A stretch of 64,000 nt of DNA from assembly GCF_009914755.1 (NCBI RefSeq), contig NC_060939.1; one strand, given 5' to 3'. Origin of the DNA: the human T2T-CHM13v2.0 reference genome, Homo sapiens. Made by a program: the position numbers and the translations under genes. Shown here in pieces: positions 1 through 13,343 of this stretch. Every line of letters starts with the position of its first letter. Within the stretch, counting starts at the first letter, position 1. The notes under the pieces are model-generated. The model was not told where the DNA came from. It was given only the letters and a program-made list of their open reading frames with translations, and made no database searches.

Positions 1-442
1 GGCAGATGCCCAGCTCTGGTGCCTGGCTGAGTGTGGTCCTGAGGCTCTTTCCAGTTGGCAGGAAGGAAAAACAACTTCTCGTTACTTCAGCTGATGTTCA
101 GGATACGTTGAGAAAGTGACTTGACCCCGTCTACTTTTTTTTTCTCATTTTTAATCTGTGGCTCCTGACCTCGGAATGACTTCTGTGAGACTGTAGTGTC
201 TGGTACCTCATGGCTTTTGCTCACCGTCTTCTCAGATGGTCTCCAGGCTTCAGCTTCCCTGTCTGCTACACACTGTCTTAGGATGAGGCGCCTCTGAGGC
301 ACCTATTTGTATGCTGGAAGTTTGCTGGGGAGAACTCTCAGGATCAATGCCTGTAAGGAGAGAGGGATGAGGGCCTCAGCCAACCTTGGGGGGAATTCTG
401 GAGTTGGGATGGCTTTTCAGAGTTGCCTCCAATGAAGGTAAC

Positions 443-1515
<1,073 letters not shown>

Positions 1516-1849
1516 GTCTGTGACAATGATAGCAAGGAGCCAGGGCTTTGTCCTCCCGCTAGGCATTGGATACTATCTGCTTCTTGGAAAGGGGTGTAAC
1601 TTGGCTGAGGGCAATCTTCAGAGACAGAGACTTAGCTATGGGTAGTCAATAGCCAATAATGCCAACAGCTGGGCAAATAGCACCTGCATCCTGAAAGGGA
1701 TATGGTGGCACAACTCAGCATCCCTTACATCTTCTGTCTGACTCTTTTCTAAAGAGTGACTCTTGTGGGTCCCACTGGTCACTCTGCAATAGAGGAGGTG
1801 TCCATTTGTGAGTGTTTATCACGTCCGTTCACCCTACAGGCTTCCCTCA

Positions 1850-2191
<342 letters not shown>

Positions 2192-2808
2192 TCATTGACT
2201 TGGGCTTGATCCTCTGTCTAATCAGTTGGGGGATAGGTTGCAGAACCTACACCACTCAGAGCAAGACAACTTTTTCAGAAGGGCCTGTAAAAAGAATGCT
2301 GTCACATGATAGCTGTAACAAAGGTGTTGGGGAAATGTATGTCTGGTACCCAGAGGCCTCAGCAAGATTGCAGAAGCTCACTTAATTTCAAACCCAACTG
2401 CTTGAAGGATCTGTGGCTGTTAATACTCTCTCTACCAGTGTCAATATTGGCCTGGAGCCTGTGTGGAGTTGAGGCTGCCCATGGCTGGCTGGCTGGTCTC
2501 TAGCTGAGAGGGCCTAAGGAGGAGATAGGTGCTGACAGAGACAACATGGTCTTTGGCACATAAAATCTTCATTCTTCGGGAGATAGAGCTATCGTAGGAG
2601 TGAGGAGAACCTAGGCAACATTGAACTCAGGGTTAAGAGACTTGAATTTGAGTTCTGACTCTGGAACTTGCTAATTACGAGGAAGTCACTGGCCCAAGGT
2701 TAGTCAGTCAGCAAATGTTTAGTGAGCATCTGTGGCCAGGAACTGTGTTTAGCACTGGAGAGTCCCTCTCTGGCCTCATTGTTCTTCTTTGTAAAACAAA
2801 AGTGTGGA

Positions 2809-3138
<330 letters not shown>

Positions 3139-3393
3139 TTAAAGTGATGGCAATACTTTCAGAAACGAAAATCCAAGGTGCGTACTCTGCCACTACCAGA
3201 ATATTTGATATTGAGGATACCCCCAGGAAGCTCAGGATGTAGGATCTCATTATATACCTACAGAGACTCTATTTCCCAATCCCCCACAGTTGTTTCCCCC
3301 AGACATATTACATAGAGTGACTTAATCCTTAGAACCATGGTGAGAAGGGAGAGGTAGATGTTATATAAGTTATATAGTCTCCTATCTTGCTAA

Positions 3394-3689
3394 TTTTTTT
3401 TTTTTTTTGAGGTGGAGTCTCGCTCTGTCGCTCAGGCTGGAGTGCAGTGACACGATCTTGGCTCACTGCAACCTCCACCTCCTACGTTCAAGCGATTTTC
3501 CTGTCTCAGCCTCCTGAGTAGCTGGGACTACAGGTGCACACCCCCACACCTGGCTAATTTTTGTACTTTCAGTAGAGGTGGGGTTTCCCGTATTGGTCAG
3601 GCTGGTCTTGAAATCCTGACCTCAGGTGATCCACCTGCCTCAGCCTCCCAAAGTGCTGGGATTACAGGCCAGAGCCACCACACCCAGCC
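3394..3689 (-). mobile_element. AluSx-like
   Basis: Poly-T plus Alu body containing cctcaggtgatcc; TSD ttgcta(a/g)t. Confidence 0.9.
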
Positions 3690-3981
3690 TTTTGCTAGTC
3701 TTTAAAATCCTCTAAGTGTTTGCCTTGATTTTTTGAATTCTTTAGAATTTAAATGGTCTGAGTTTAAATAGTCCTGAACACATTTCTCAAACACTGTTAT
3801 GTAAACAAAGCCCAGCCATGGTGATTACACAGTCAGGTTTTTTCCAACCCCTGGAGACTTGTATCATAATCTTATCTTAGGGTCAAGCATCGGTACTGCT
3901 GAAGTGGTTTGCATTTGAACAGTCTTTCAGAAGTTGGTGCCAGATTCAGAGTTCTCTGGATAGCAGATCTGGTAAGGTAGG

Positions 3982-4345
3982 TGTATTAGTCTGTTTTCAT
4001 GCTGCTGATAAAGACATATCCGAGACTGGGTAATTTATAAAGAAAAAGAGGTTTAATGGATTCACAGTTCCACGTGGCTGTGGAGGCCTCACAATCATGG
4101 TGGAAGGCGAAAGGCATGTCTTACCTGATGGCAGGCAAGAGAGAATGGAAGCTATACAAAAGGGAAAACCCCTTATAAAACCATCAGATCTCATGAGACT
4201 TATTCACTACCACGAGAACAGTATGGGGGAAAACATCCCCATGATTCAATTATCTCCCACTGGGCCCCTCCCACATCACATGGGATTTATGGGAGCTACA
4301 ATTCAAGATGAGATTTGGGTGGGGGCACAAATCCTAACCATATCA
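3982..4345 (-). mobile_element. THE1 (MaLR) solo LTR
   Basis: tgtattagtctgttttcatgctgctgataaagacat...aaccatatca with TG...CA ends; 5-bp TSD gtagg/gtggg. Confidence 0.9.
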
Positions 4346-5019
4346 GTGGGGTCACTAAGGTATATAGGTATATAGTGTAGTAAGATGGTGTCACCTGAAT
4401 CACATTTACACTCTGCCCCGGCACAGAACCCTGGGAGCTGAATATTGAGGAGCAGAGAGGAACAGGGATCAGAGGCACAAAATTTGGCTTGCTCTTGTAG
4501 ATAGCAATAGAGATGGGCACAAGGCAGAGTGAAATCTCATCAGAGTAGTGAGTGCTTAGCACATATAAGGCACTGTCCTTAGTGCCGTAAGAGATAACAA
4601 GAGAAGGTAAGATAGATTAAAATGTATTGTGTTTGTTTTATGTTACTCACTTTATACATACTAGCAGTCAATCAATAATAATAACAATGATAAGTGCTTT
4701 GAAGTACCTACTATGGGCCAGGCAATGTGCTTAATACTTCATATCTTCTTTTCTTTTATTTCATGCACTCATTCAACACATTTGTCTTAAGATCTACTAG
4801 GTAGTAAGTGCTGGGAGACACTGATGAATAAAAATCTCTGCCCTGGAGGACTTTTCATTCTGGGAAAGATAGGCCCATAGATGTAGTAAACAAGTGATTA
4901 AGTGGAGTGTTAGAAGATGACAATTACTGTGAAAAGAATAGATCTGGGTTAGGTGGATCAGGAGTGCCTACATCGGGGGAGCACAGAAACGGTTTACAAT
5001 ATTAAATAGATGGTCCAGG

Positions 5020-5820
5020 TGAAGCAGGACAGTTCCCTGACCCCTTCGTGGGTGGGAACTGGAGTGCACTGGCACTGGCAGGGGCGAACTCCACTCACTC
5101 TCTGCTCCACCCCACGTGGGAGTGGGAGCACAGGTGAGCAGGTGCAGGAGCCAGGGTGTGTGCTTTTAGGTGCCGGCAAGAGCGAACTCCGTACTGGCCC
5201 ATGGCAGCATCTAAGGGAGGGTGCCGGAAGTCCCTGAAGCCACAGAGGAAGTGTTACAGTGCCCTTTACCTTTGCTGTCTGTAGACAGCTTAACAGCTCA
5301 GCAGAGGGTCAGTGTGACAGCCTTTTGTGCCCACACTTGAGGCACACGAGTTTTTGTCTGGAGTCCAGGAGGAATAAGGTCTCACAAACGAATTGAAGGT
5401 GGTAAATGTGGGGGATTTCATTGCCAATGAAAGTGGCTCTCAGTGAGAAAGGGAGCTGGAAAGGGGACGGAACAAGAAGGTAATCTTCACCTGAGATTCT
5501 CCAGCCATCCCTGCCAGACTCCTCTCTTCAGAGGATGATAAAAACTATATGCCTACATTTAGGATGAGTCTCTCTCTCCGACATCCAACCATACTCTCCA
5601 ACATCCAGCTCCTTCTCGTCTCTCTCCCAGGTAAGCCTGGGGTTTTTATGCACACAGGATGCGGGTTAGGGCAGGCGCCATAGTGGTTTTGGAAAAGGCA
5701 ACATTTGAGTGGGAAAACAGGGATGTAAGTTCTTGCTTTGGACCACTGTTCCAGGCTCAAGGGTGGGGTCCTCGCTGGGGACCTGCCCTCCCAGAATTTT
5801 TCTGCCTCCTGTCCCTATCA
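5020..5820 (-). mobile_element. ERV1 solo LTR (LTR1/LTR27/LTR28-like) inserted in an L2 fragment
   Basis: TG...CA termini; the reverse complement starts tgatagggacaggaggcag...ccccacccttgagcctgg. L2-like sequence lies on both flanks. Confidence 0.65.
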
Positions 5821-6102
5821 CACATAGTGCTCTGTGGGAAGGTGACGTTTGAGCCAACATTCAATGGAAGGTGATGAAGGAGTTAGCTATGCAGATACAT
5901 GGAGAAGAGCGTTCCAGGGTAAAGGAGCAGCCAGGGGAAAGGCCTGAGGCCAAGTGTAACTGGTATATGGACAGCAGGGAGGCCAGAGTGACTAACGAGG
6001 AGATGGCAAGATGATGAAGTGCTTTTGTCTTTTACTCTGAGAGAGATGGGAAGCCATCAGAATGCTTATTGTTTGTCCTGCTTTGTTAATCTGTGTTTCA
6101 GA

Positions 6103-6420
6103 GCAGTGCTTGGCAAACTTTTTCTGCAAAGGGCTAGATAGTAAATATTTCAGGCTTTGCTTGCCATGTGGTCTCTGTTGCAACTATGTAGTCCTGCCAT
6201 TGTAACACAAGAGTAGCCATCGACAGTGCGTAAACAAAGAAGCATAGCTGTGTTCCAACAAAATTTACTTATGGACACTGTTTGAATTTCACATAATTTT
6301 CATGGGTCACAAAATATTGTTCCTCTTTTGTTTCTTTTTTTTAACCATCTGAAAGTGTGGGAATCATTCTGAGCTCATGGGCTGTAGTTATCCTGTGAGC
6401 CATAGTTTGTGGACTTCCAT
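6103..6420 (+). mobile_element. MER58 (hAT-Charlie) DNA transposon
   Basis: cagtgcttggcaaactttttctgcaaagggctagatagtaaatatttcaggctttg...gccatagtttg. Confidence 0.8.
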
Positions 6421-6742
6421 TTTAAAGGATAGTCATGATCCGACTAAGTTTCAACCAGAGCACCCTGGCTATTGCCTTGAGAAGAGTCTGGAGGCTGAAA
6501 GCAGGAAGGCCAGGCAGAAGCCGTTGCTGTAAGCCAAGTGAGAGATGATAATGATTGCTCTGACCAGAAAGACCACAGGATTACATTCTGATTGTATCTC
6601 CACCCAACCTTTGAAATAGGTGTCGTAATGATCCTTCACAAACAGGGGAGGAAATTCAGGCTCAGAGACGTAAAGTGACTCGCGTAAGAACACAGAGCAC
6701 ACAAATGGTGAAGTCTGGATATGAAGCCCAATCCAAACTTGA

Positions 6743-7097
<355 letters not shown>

Positions 7098-7306
7098 TAA
7101 CTCTGCAGTCATGTCACATGGGCCTTTTTATCCCAAATTACAGATGAGAACACTGGGGCTCCAAGAAGTCAAGGAACTTGCCCAAGATCAACAAGGTCTT
7201 GATGACTCCAAAGCAACTATCCCTATTACTAATCTAGGCTAATTCTCAATTTAAAATGGGATTACTGCCCACTAGGTGCTTCTATTCTAGGTAGCAGGAT
7301 TCTTTA

Positions 7307-7753
<447 letters not shown>

Positions 7754-8089
7754 CTATTTTTGCTGACAGGCTGATTCTTACTGACATAGGATTGCTTGGT
7801 TCTTCTCTCAGATATTTTGTTCTATTTTGTCTTTGGTTTTTTTTTTTTAAGAAAATATTTTTATACATAGATAAAGCTATAGATTTTTTATTAGATATTT
7901 AATATTTTAATTATAAAGCTAATATATTTGTGACAAGCCAAACAATATAGAGATATATACAAAAAATTTAACAATCTCCTCATTACTGTCCTCCAGTTTC
8001 ACCAGTCTGTGATAATTAAGGTGAATCAGGAAAACAGAAAATACATCGATATGTTAACAGAGATCATTTTATCTAGGATGGGGTGGAAT

Positions 8090-8298
8090 ATTAAGGACAG
8101 CTGCCAAATTCTACCCATTGCGTATTTTTGTAACTAAAGCTTTACCAGAATACTGCATGCTCATTCATTTCTATCTTGTCTATGGCTCCTTATACGTTAC
8201 AACAGCAAAGTTGAGTGGTTGTGACAGACACTTTATGGCCCACGAAGCCTAAAATATTTACTGTCTGGTCCTTTACAGAAAAAGTTTCCCAAGTCCTG
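8090..8298 (-). mobile_element. MER58A DNA transposon
   Basis: ggcccacgaagcctaaaatatttactgtctggtcctttacagaaaaagttt. Confidence 0.75.
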
Positions 8299-8310
8299 AT
8301 CAAGGGGATT

Positions 8311-8819
8311 GGTGGGGTAGGGAGAATAATAATCTCCCAAAGATGTCCATGTCCTAATTCCTGGAACCTGTGAATGTGTTACCTTACATAGCTAAAGGGA
8401 CTTTGCAGATGTGATTAAGATAAAGATCTTGAGATGAGAGATTATCCTGGATTACCCAGGCAGGACCAATGTAGTCACCCATTGTAGTCTGTAGTCACAC
8501 TCTGTAGTCCTCAGAGGTGACAAAGAGAGGCATGAGAATCAGAGGGAGATTTGAAGGTGCTATGCTGCCGTCTTTAAAGGTGGAGGAAGAGGCCACAAAC
8601 CAACGAATGCAGGCAATATTTAGAAGCCGGAAAAGACAAGGAAAAAGATTCTCCTCTAAAGCCTCCAGAAGGAATGAAGCTCTGCTGACACCTTGATTTT
8701 AATCTCAGTAAAGCCCGTTTTGGATTTATGACTTCAGAACTGGAAGATAATATGTTTGTGTTGTTTTAAGCCACTAAATTTGTGGCAATCTGTTATAGCA
8801 GTGACAGTAAATTTATACA
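8311..8819 (+). mobile_element. MLT1 (MLT1D-like) MaLR LTR
   Basis: cccaaagatgtccatgtcctaattcctggaacctgtgaatgtgttacc...gggactttgcagatgtgattaag...ttttaagccactaaatttgtggcaat. Confidence 0.82.
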
Positions 8820-9563
8820 GTTAGCTTACCGTTATTGAAAGATTGAGATGTCGAAAGGGGACACTGAGGTAAGGGAGGAGCTACAGGAGGTGGCTTCCAC
8901 CCCTAGGGCTGGGAGAAAAGGGAATTAGCCAGGCTCATTTGAACCCAGAAACGTGGAGGACAGACCCTGTGGAACTGGGACCCAGACCTCTGAGGAGTGG
9001 GCACTGGCATACTGGTGCTCTGAGGAGCACCCTGAAGCTGATTCTGGGAATATGGAGAATACTGGAAACTGCAACCAGCTGCTGCTGCCGGGGTGAAAAA
9101 TTACTGGAGCTACTCTGACAGGAACAGGAAGCCTTTAGGAAGCAAACAGGAGATCCCTCCTCCAACTTCCCTCTCTGCCTCCAGTACCCGCTATGAACAG
9201 AGTGTAACAACAGCTGACAAAGCAGAAATGAGGTTTGTGGAGTCTCAGCCCCAGCATCACAAAGCAGAATGCCAAGATTTGGAGCTGAGACTAGTAACAA
9301 GTATACAATGTTAACTATGTGTCTGCATCATTATGCTTTTTACTCTATGCTGACACAAATTTACATTTATTCTAGGCTTTCCCTTCTCTTTCCTATTTAG
9401 TAAAAATGTGGTCATATACACTTTACTCTGAAACTTATTTGTGTTATTAAACAATATATCATGCATACCTTTCCATGAAAGCATATTAGAGCAGTCTCAT
9501 TTTAAAAAAATTACCCAGTAATATCCCATCCAGACATCAGAAAATTGATCCATTCATTTCCAG

Positions 9564-10347
9564 TGACAAAGATCCTTTGCTTGACCAAACTTTTAGTCAG
9601 GCTCCTGAACCTCCTCCTAAGCCCATCCATGCACTTCCTTGTACAATCCAGTTTCAGCAAAGAACCCTGCTAAGTCAATTTAGCAAGAACCCCCTACCCT
9701 ATCCAGTCAACCTCAGTATCTGATCTGGTTTCGTTTCTTATCCTCTGAAGTCTGATCACCCTGGCCTGTCTTCAGATAGAATCATGTTAGGTTGGTTTCT
9801 CTAGAATCCTTCTACTCCTAATGCCACTTCTTAGTAATTTTCTCCCCACCTGCTTCCACCTGCTCCTTGGCTATAAATTCTTCTTGTCCATGCTGTATTC
9901 AGAGTTGAGCCCCATCTCTCTTCCCCACTGCAAAACCCTGTTGCAGTGGTCCCTATACCTATCATGATAGTCCTGAATAAAGCCTTCTTTAGGCCGGACG
10001 GGGTGGCTCATGCCTGTAATCTCAGCACTTTGGGAGGCCAAGGCAGGTGGCTCACTTGAGGTCAGGAGTTCAAGACCAGCCTGGCCAACATAGTGAAATC
10101 CCGTCTCTACTAAAAATATAAAAATTATCCGATTATGGTGGCACATGCCTGTAATCCCAGGTACTCCAGAGGCTGAGGCAAGAGAAGTGTTTGAACCCAG
10201 GGGGCGGGAGTTACAGTGAACCGAGATCGTGCCACTGCACTCCAGCCTGGGAGACAGAGCAAGACTCTGTCTCAAAATAAAGAAAGAAAGAAAGTTTTCT
10301 TTACTATGTTTTAACAAATGTTACAAATAATTTTTTTTTTCTTTAAC
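9564..10347 (+). mobile_element. MER31-like ERV1 LTR, interrupted by an Alu near its poly(A) signal
   Basis: tgacaaagat...ttgaccaaacttttagtcaggctcct...agaaccctgctaagtcaatttagcaagaacccc; ends tttaaca. Confidence 0.7.
9992..10290 (+). mobile_element. AluS
   Basis: Full Alu body with (AAAG) tail; degenerate TSD aaag..ttcttta. Confidence 0.9.
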
Positions 10348-12399
10348 ATCAGACCCAGTGATTGGTTCAGGGCTTGGCATGTGACTTAATTCAGTCTGGG
10401 CACCCCCTAGAGCTGAGAGTGTGGTCAAACCTACACAAATCACATGCCTAAGAATGTGAGAAGGGCGTTCCCCTATGGGAAACCTAGGTGCTTTTGGCAG
10501 GAGAAGGAAAAACAATGGTAGAGAAGCAAGCAACCAATGTCCACCACAACTTCCTCATATTCTCTGCCCATTGTTTCTACTGGGTTATTAAATATTTGTT
10601 GTCAGTTTATTGATGGCCTTTATATATAGTCAGTGTTAACCCTTTGCATGTATATGTGTTACAAATGTTTTGCCCAGCATATAATTTCTTTTAAGTGTGT
10701 TTTACTATACAAAAATTAAAATTTGTATGTAATCTGATGTAAGTTTTTTTACTTTATGGTTTGTACATTTTTTCCCTGCCTAATAGTTTACTCTACAAAA
10801 CAAAAATAATGTCTTACTCTACAAAGATTAAACATATTAGTCACTAGATTGATCAGAATAGGTGAGGGGTGGCAGAACACTCTACTGGCCATAGTCACTG
10901 AGGGACCCAGGTTGATGGGGACTCCACTTCAAGATGTGTTTCTATGGTCACCCAGACAGAGGGAAGAGGAGAAAAAGGAAATGATGAGTGAGCACTGGCT
11001 CTTAAAGCTTCTGCCCCAAAGTGACACACATAATTTCCTTTCACATTTTATTGACCAAATTCAGCCACATGGTCAGGATTAATTTCAAATGGAATAAGGA
11101 AGCACAATTTCACCATGTGCTTAGGAGAGAACAAATACACACATAAGGACTACTGTAATCCACACTTCTAGTCACCAAACATCTTTCCCACACTCAAAAT
11201 ACCTTCACCCACCCCTTCCTAAGGGAGTCAACCCCAAGGTCCCATTCTGGTTGGACCTTTATTCTGAGAACACCTCAGCCTGTTCAGAGATTTTGACCAT
11301 GAATGTGATGGCAATAGCCTTGATTAGATCCTTGCTGTGAAGCTGAGTCTTTATTGTTTTATCTTTTAGCTAATCTGTATTGAGAAGAAACCTGCCTCCC
11401 AACCCTGCCAGTCTCTGAATTTCTGGTCTATCTTTTCCTTTCACTCCTACTTGCAAACTAGCTAGCCCTCCCCTGAACCCCTATTTATTGTCAAATATAT
11501 TGGCTATCTACACCATTATGTTTTCTAGTTGCTTCTTCTAGAGCTACAAGTTTGCTAGGCACATCAACTACCTTCCAAGTGACTACCCAACAGCTTTACC
11601 AAATGTGTCACCATTGTGTAACATGGCTCACCATCCTTGTCAGTACCACCTGACCACTAAGCCAATGCCACTTTTTTAGGTTTTTGTGCTGGCAGCATCC
11701 CATATTAGAGATCGGTCAAGATAAGGTAGATTATGCTATAATAACAAACTCCAAAGTCTCAATGACTAAAAAATATGTCAGTTCATTTCTTGCCTATATT
11801 ACATGTCCAGTGTGCATCAGCAAGGGCATCTGCTTGTTGTAGTCACTCAGGAACCTTGGTGATGAAAGCTGTACTTCAACATATGCTTCCACAGTTATCA
11901 CAGCAGGAAGAGGACGGACATGGCACAAATCCATAGCTCTGCCTAGAAGTGTCACATCTTCCCCCTGCTAACGCTTTCTTATTTAAAGCAAAACCAATGG
12001 GTATGTCTAACTTCAAAAGTGGGGAAAGTGTCATCTTATCATATTCACAGAAAAGAGAACCTGGGTATTTGAGAACAAACTCAGTGACTATCACAGGCAT
12101 TTTTGTTTTGAGGATATATTGCAGTGAAATAGAATGAAGGTAACAACAACAGTAACAACCTTGGATTATCCATATCCCAGGATCTATTTTTAACTCCAAG
12201 CAGGCTTCTGCTACCCTGATTTTATGGCCCTGAGGGTAGACCACCATATTTTGACCCCATTAATTGAAATTTAATGTTGCTTTAAAACTGAACAAAAAAA
12301 TCTAATCCTTGAGATTGCATTCCTTCCACTAAGCCACACTCACAATAAGATATAATTGGAATATTTCCTTATTCTCTCCTCCTTCGTTACCTAATGTTT

Positions 12400-12595
12400 C
12401 TTATTTCTTTTCTTTCTTTCTTCTTTCCTTTCTTTTCTTTCTTTCCTTCTTTCTCTCTTTTCTTTCCTCTTTTCTCTCTCTTTCTTTCTCTTTCTTTTTC
12501 TCCCCTTCCTTCCTTCCTCTCTCTCTTCCTCCCTTTCTCCCTTTCCTTCCTCCCTCCCTCTCTCTTTCTCCCTTTCTGTCTCTCTCTTTCTCTCT

Positions 12596-12626
<31 letters not shown>

Positions 12627-12675
12627 CTTTCTTTCTTTCTTTCTTTCTTTCCTTCTTTCTTTCTTTCTTTTTTTT
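12400..12675. repeat. Polypyrimidine low-complexity tract (CTTT/CT/CCTT), expanded tail of the adjacent Alu
   Basis: About 270 bp of almost pure C/T running directly into gagacagggtct. Confidence 0.95.
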
Positions 12676-12940
12676 GAGACAGGGTCTCTGTCACTCAAGC
12701 TGGAGGGCAATGGCACCATCTCAGCTCACTGTAGCCTTGCCTTCCCAGGCTCAAGCAGATCCTCCTACCTCAGCCTCCCAAGGAGCTGGGACTACAAGTG
12801 TCAGACACTGTGTTCAGCTATCATGTTTTAATTTTTTTGTAGAGACTGGATCTCCCTATGTTGCCCAGGCTGGCTGGGCTGAACCGATCCTCCCTCCTCT
12901 GTCTCCCAAAGTGCTGGGATTACAGGCATGAGCCACCATG
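12676..12940 (-). mobile_element. AluJ
   Basis: gagacagggtct...ggctcaagcagatcctcc...gattacaggcatgagccacc. Confidence 0.85.
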
Positions 12941-13050
12941 CTCATGCCTGTAATCCCAGGCATATTTCATTCTACTATTCTACTGAAGACTGAAAACTAC
13001 AGTTAATAATGTGGAGTTTTTTAATTTTTAAAAGTTACTCATTTGTGGGA

Positions 13051-13343
13051 TTTTTTTTTTTTGAGACAGGGTCTCATTTTATTGCCCAGACTAGAGTGCA
13101 GCAGCATGATTATGGCTCACGGCAGCCTCAGCCTCCTGGGCTCAAGTGATCCTCCCACCTCAGTTTCCCAAGTAGCTAGGACTACAGCTGTGCACCATTA
13201 CACTTGGATTTTTTTTTTTTTTTGACACAGAGTCTCACTATGTTGCCCAGGCTTGCTTTGAACTCCTGACCTCAAGTGATCCTCCTGTCTCAGCCTCCGA
13301 AAGCATTGGGATTATTATCCAGGCATTAGCCATTGTGCCTGGA
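13051..13343 (-). mobile_element. AluJ (diverged)
   Basis: Poly-T, gagacagggtctc...ctcaagtgatcctccc. Confidence 0.85.

Noticed and set aside
12387-12831. Lys/Arg/Glu-rich and Phe/Ser/Leu-rich ORFs
   Set aside because: They are translations of the CT low-complexity tract plus Alu.
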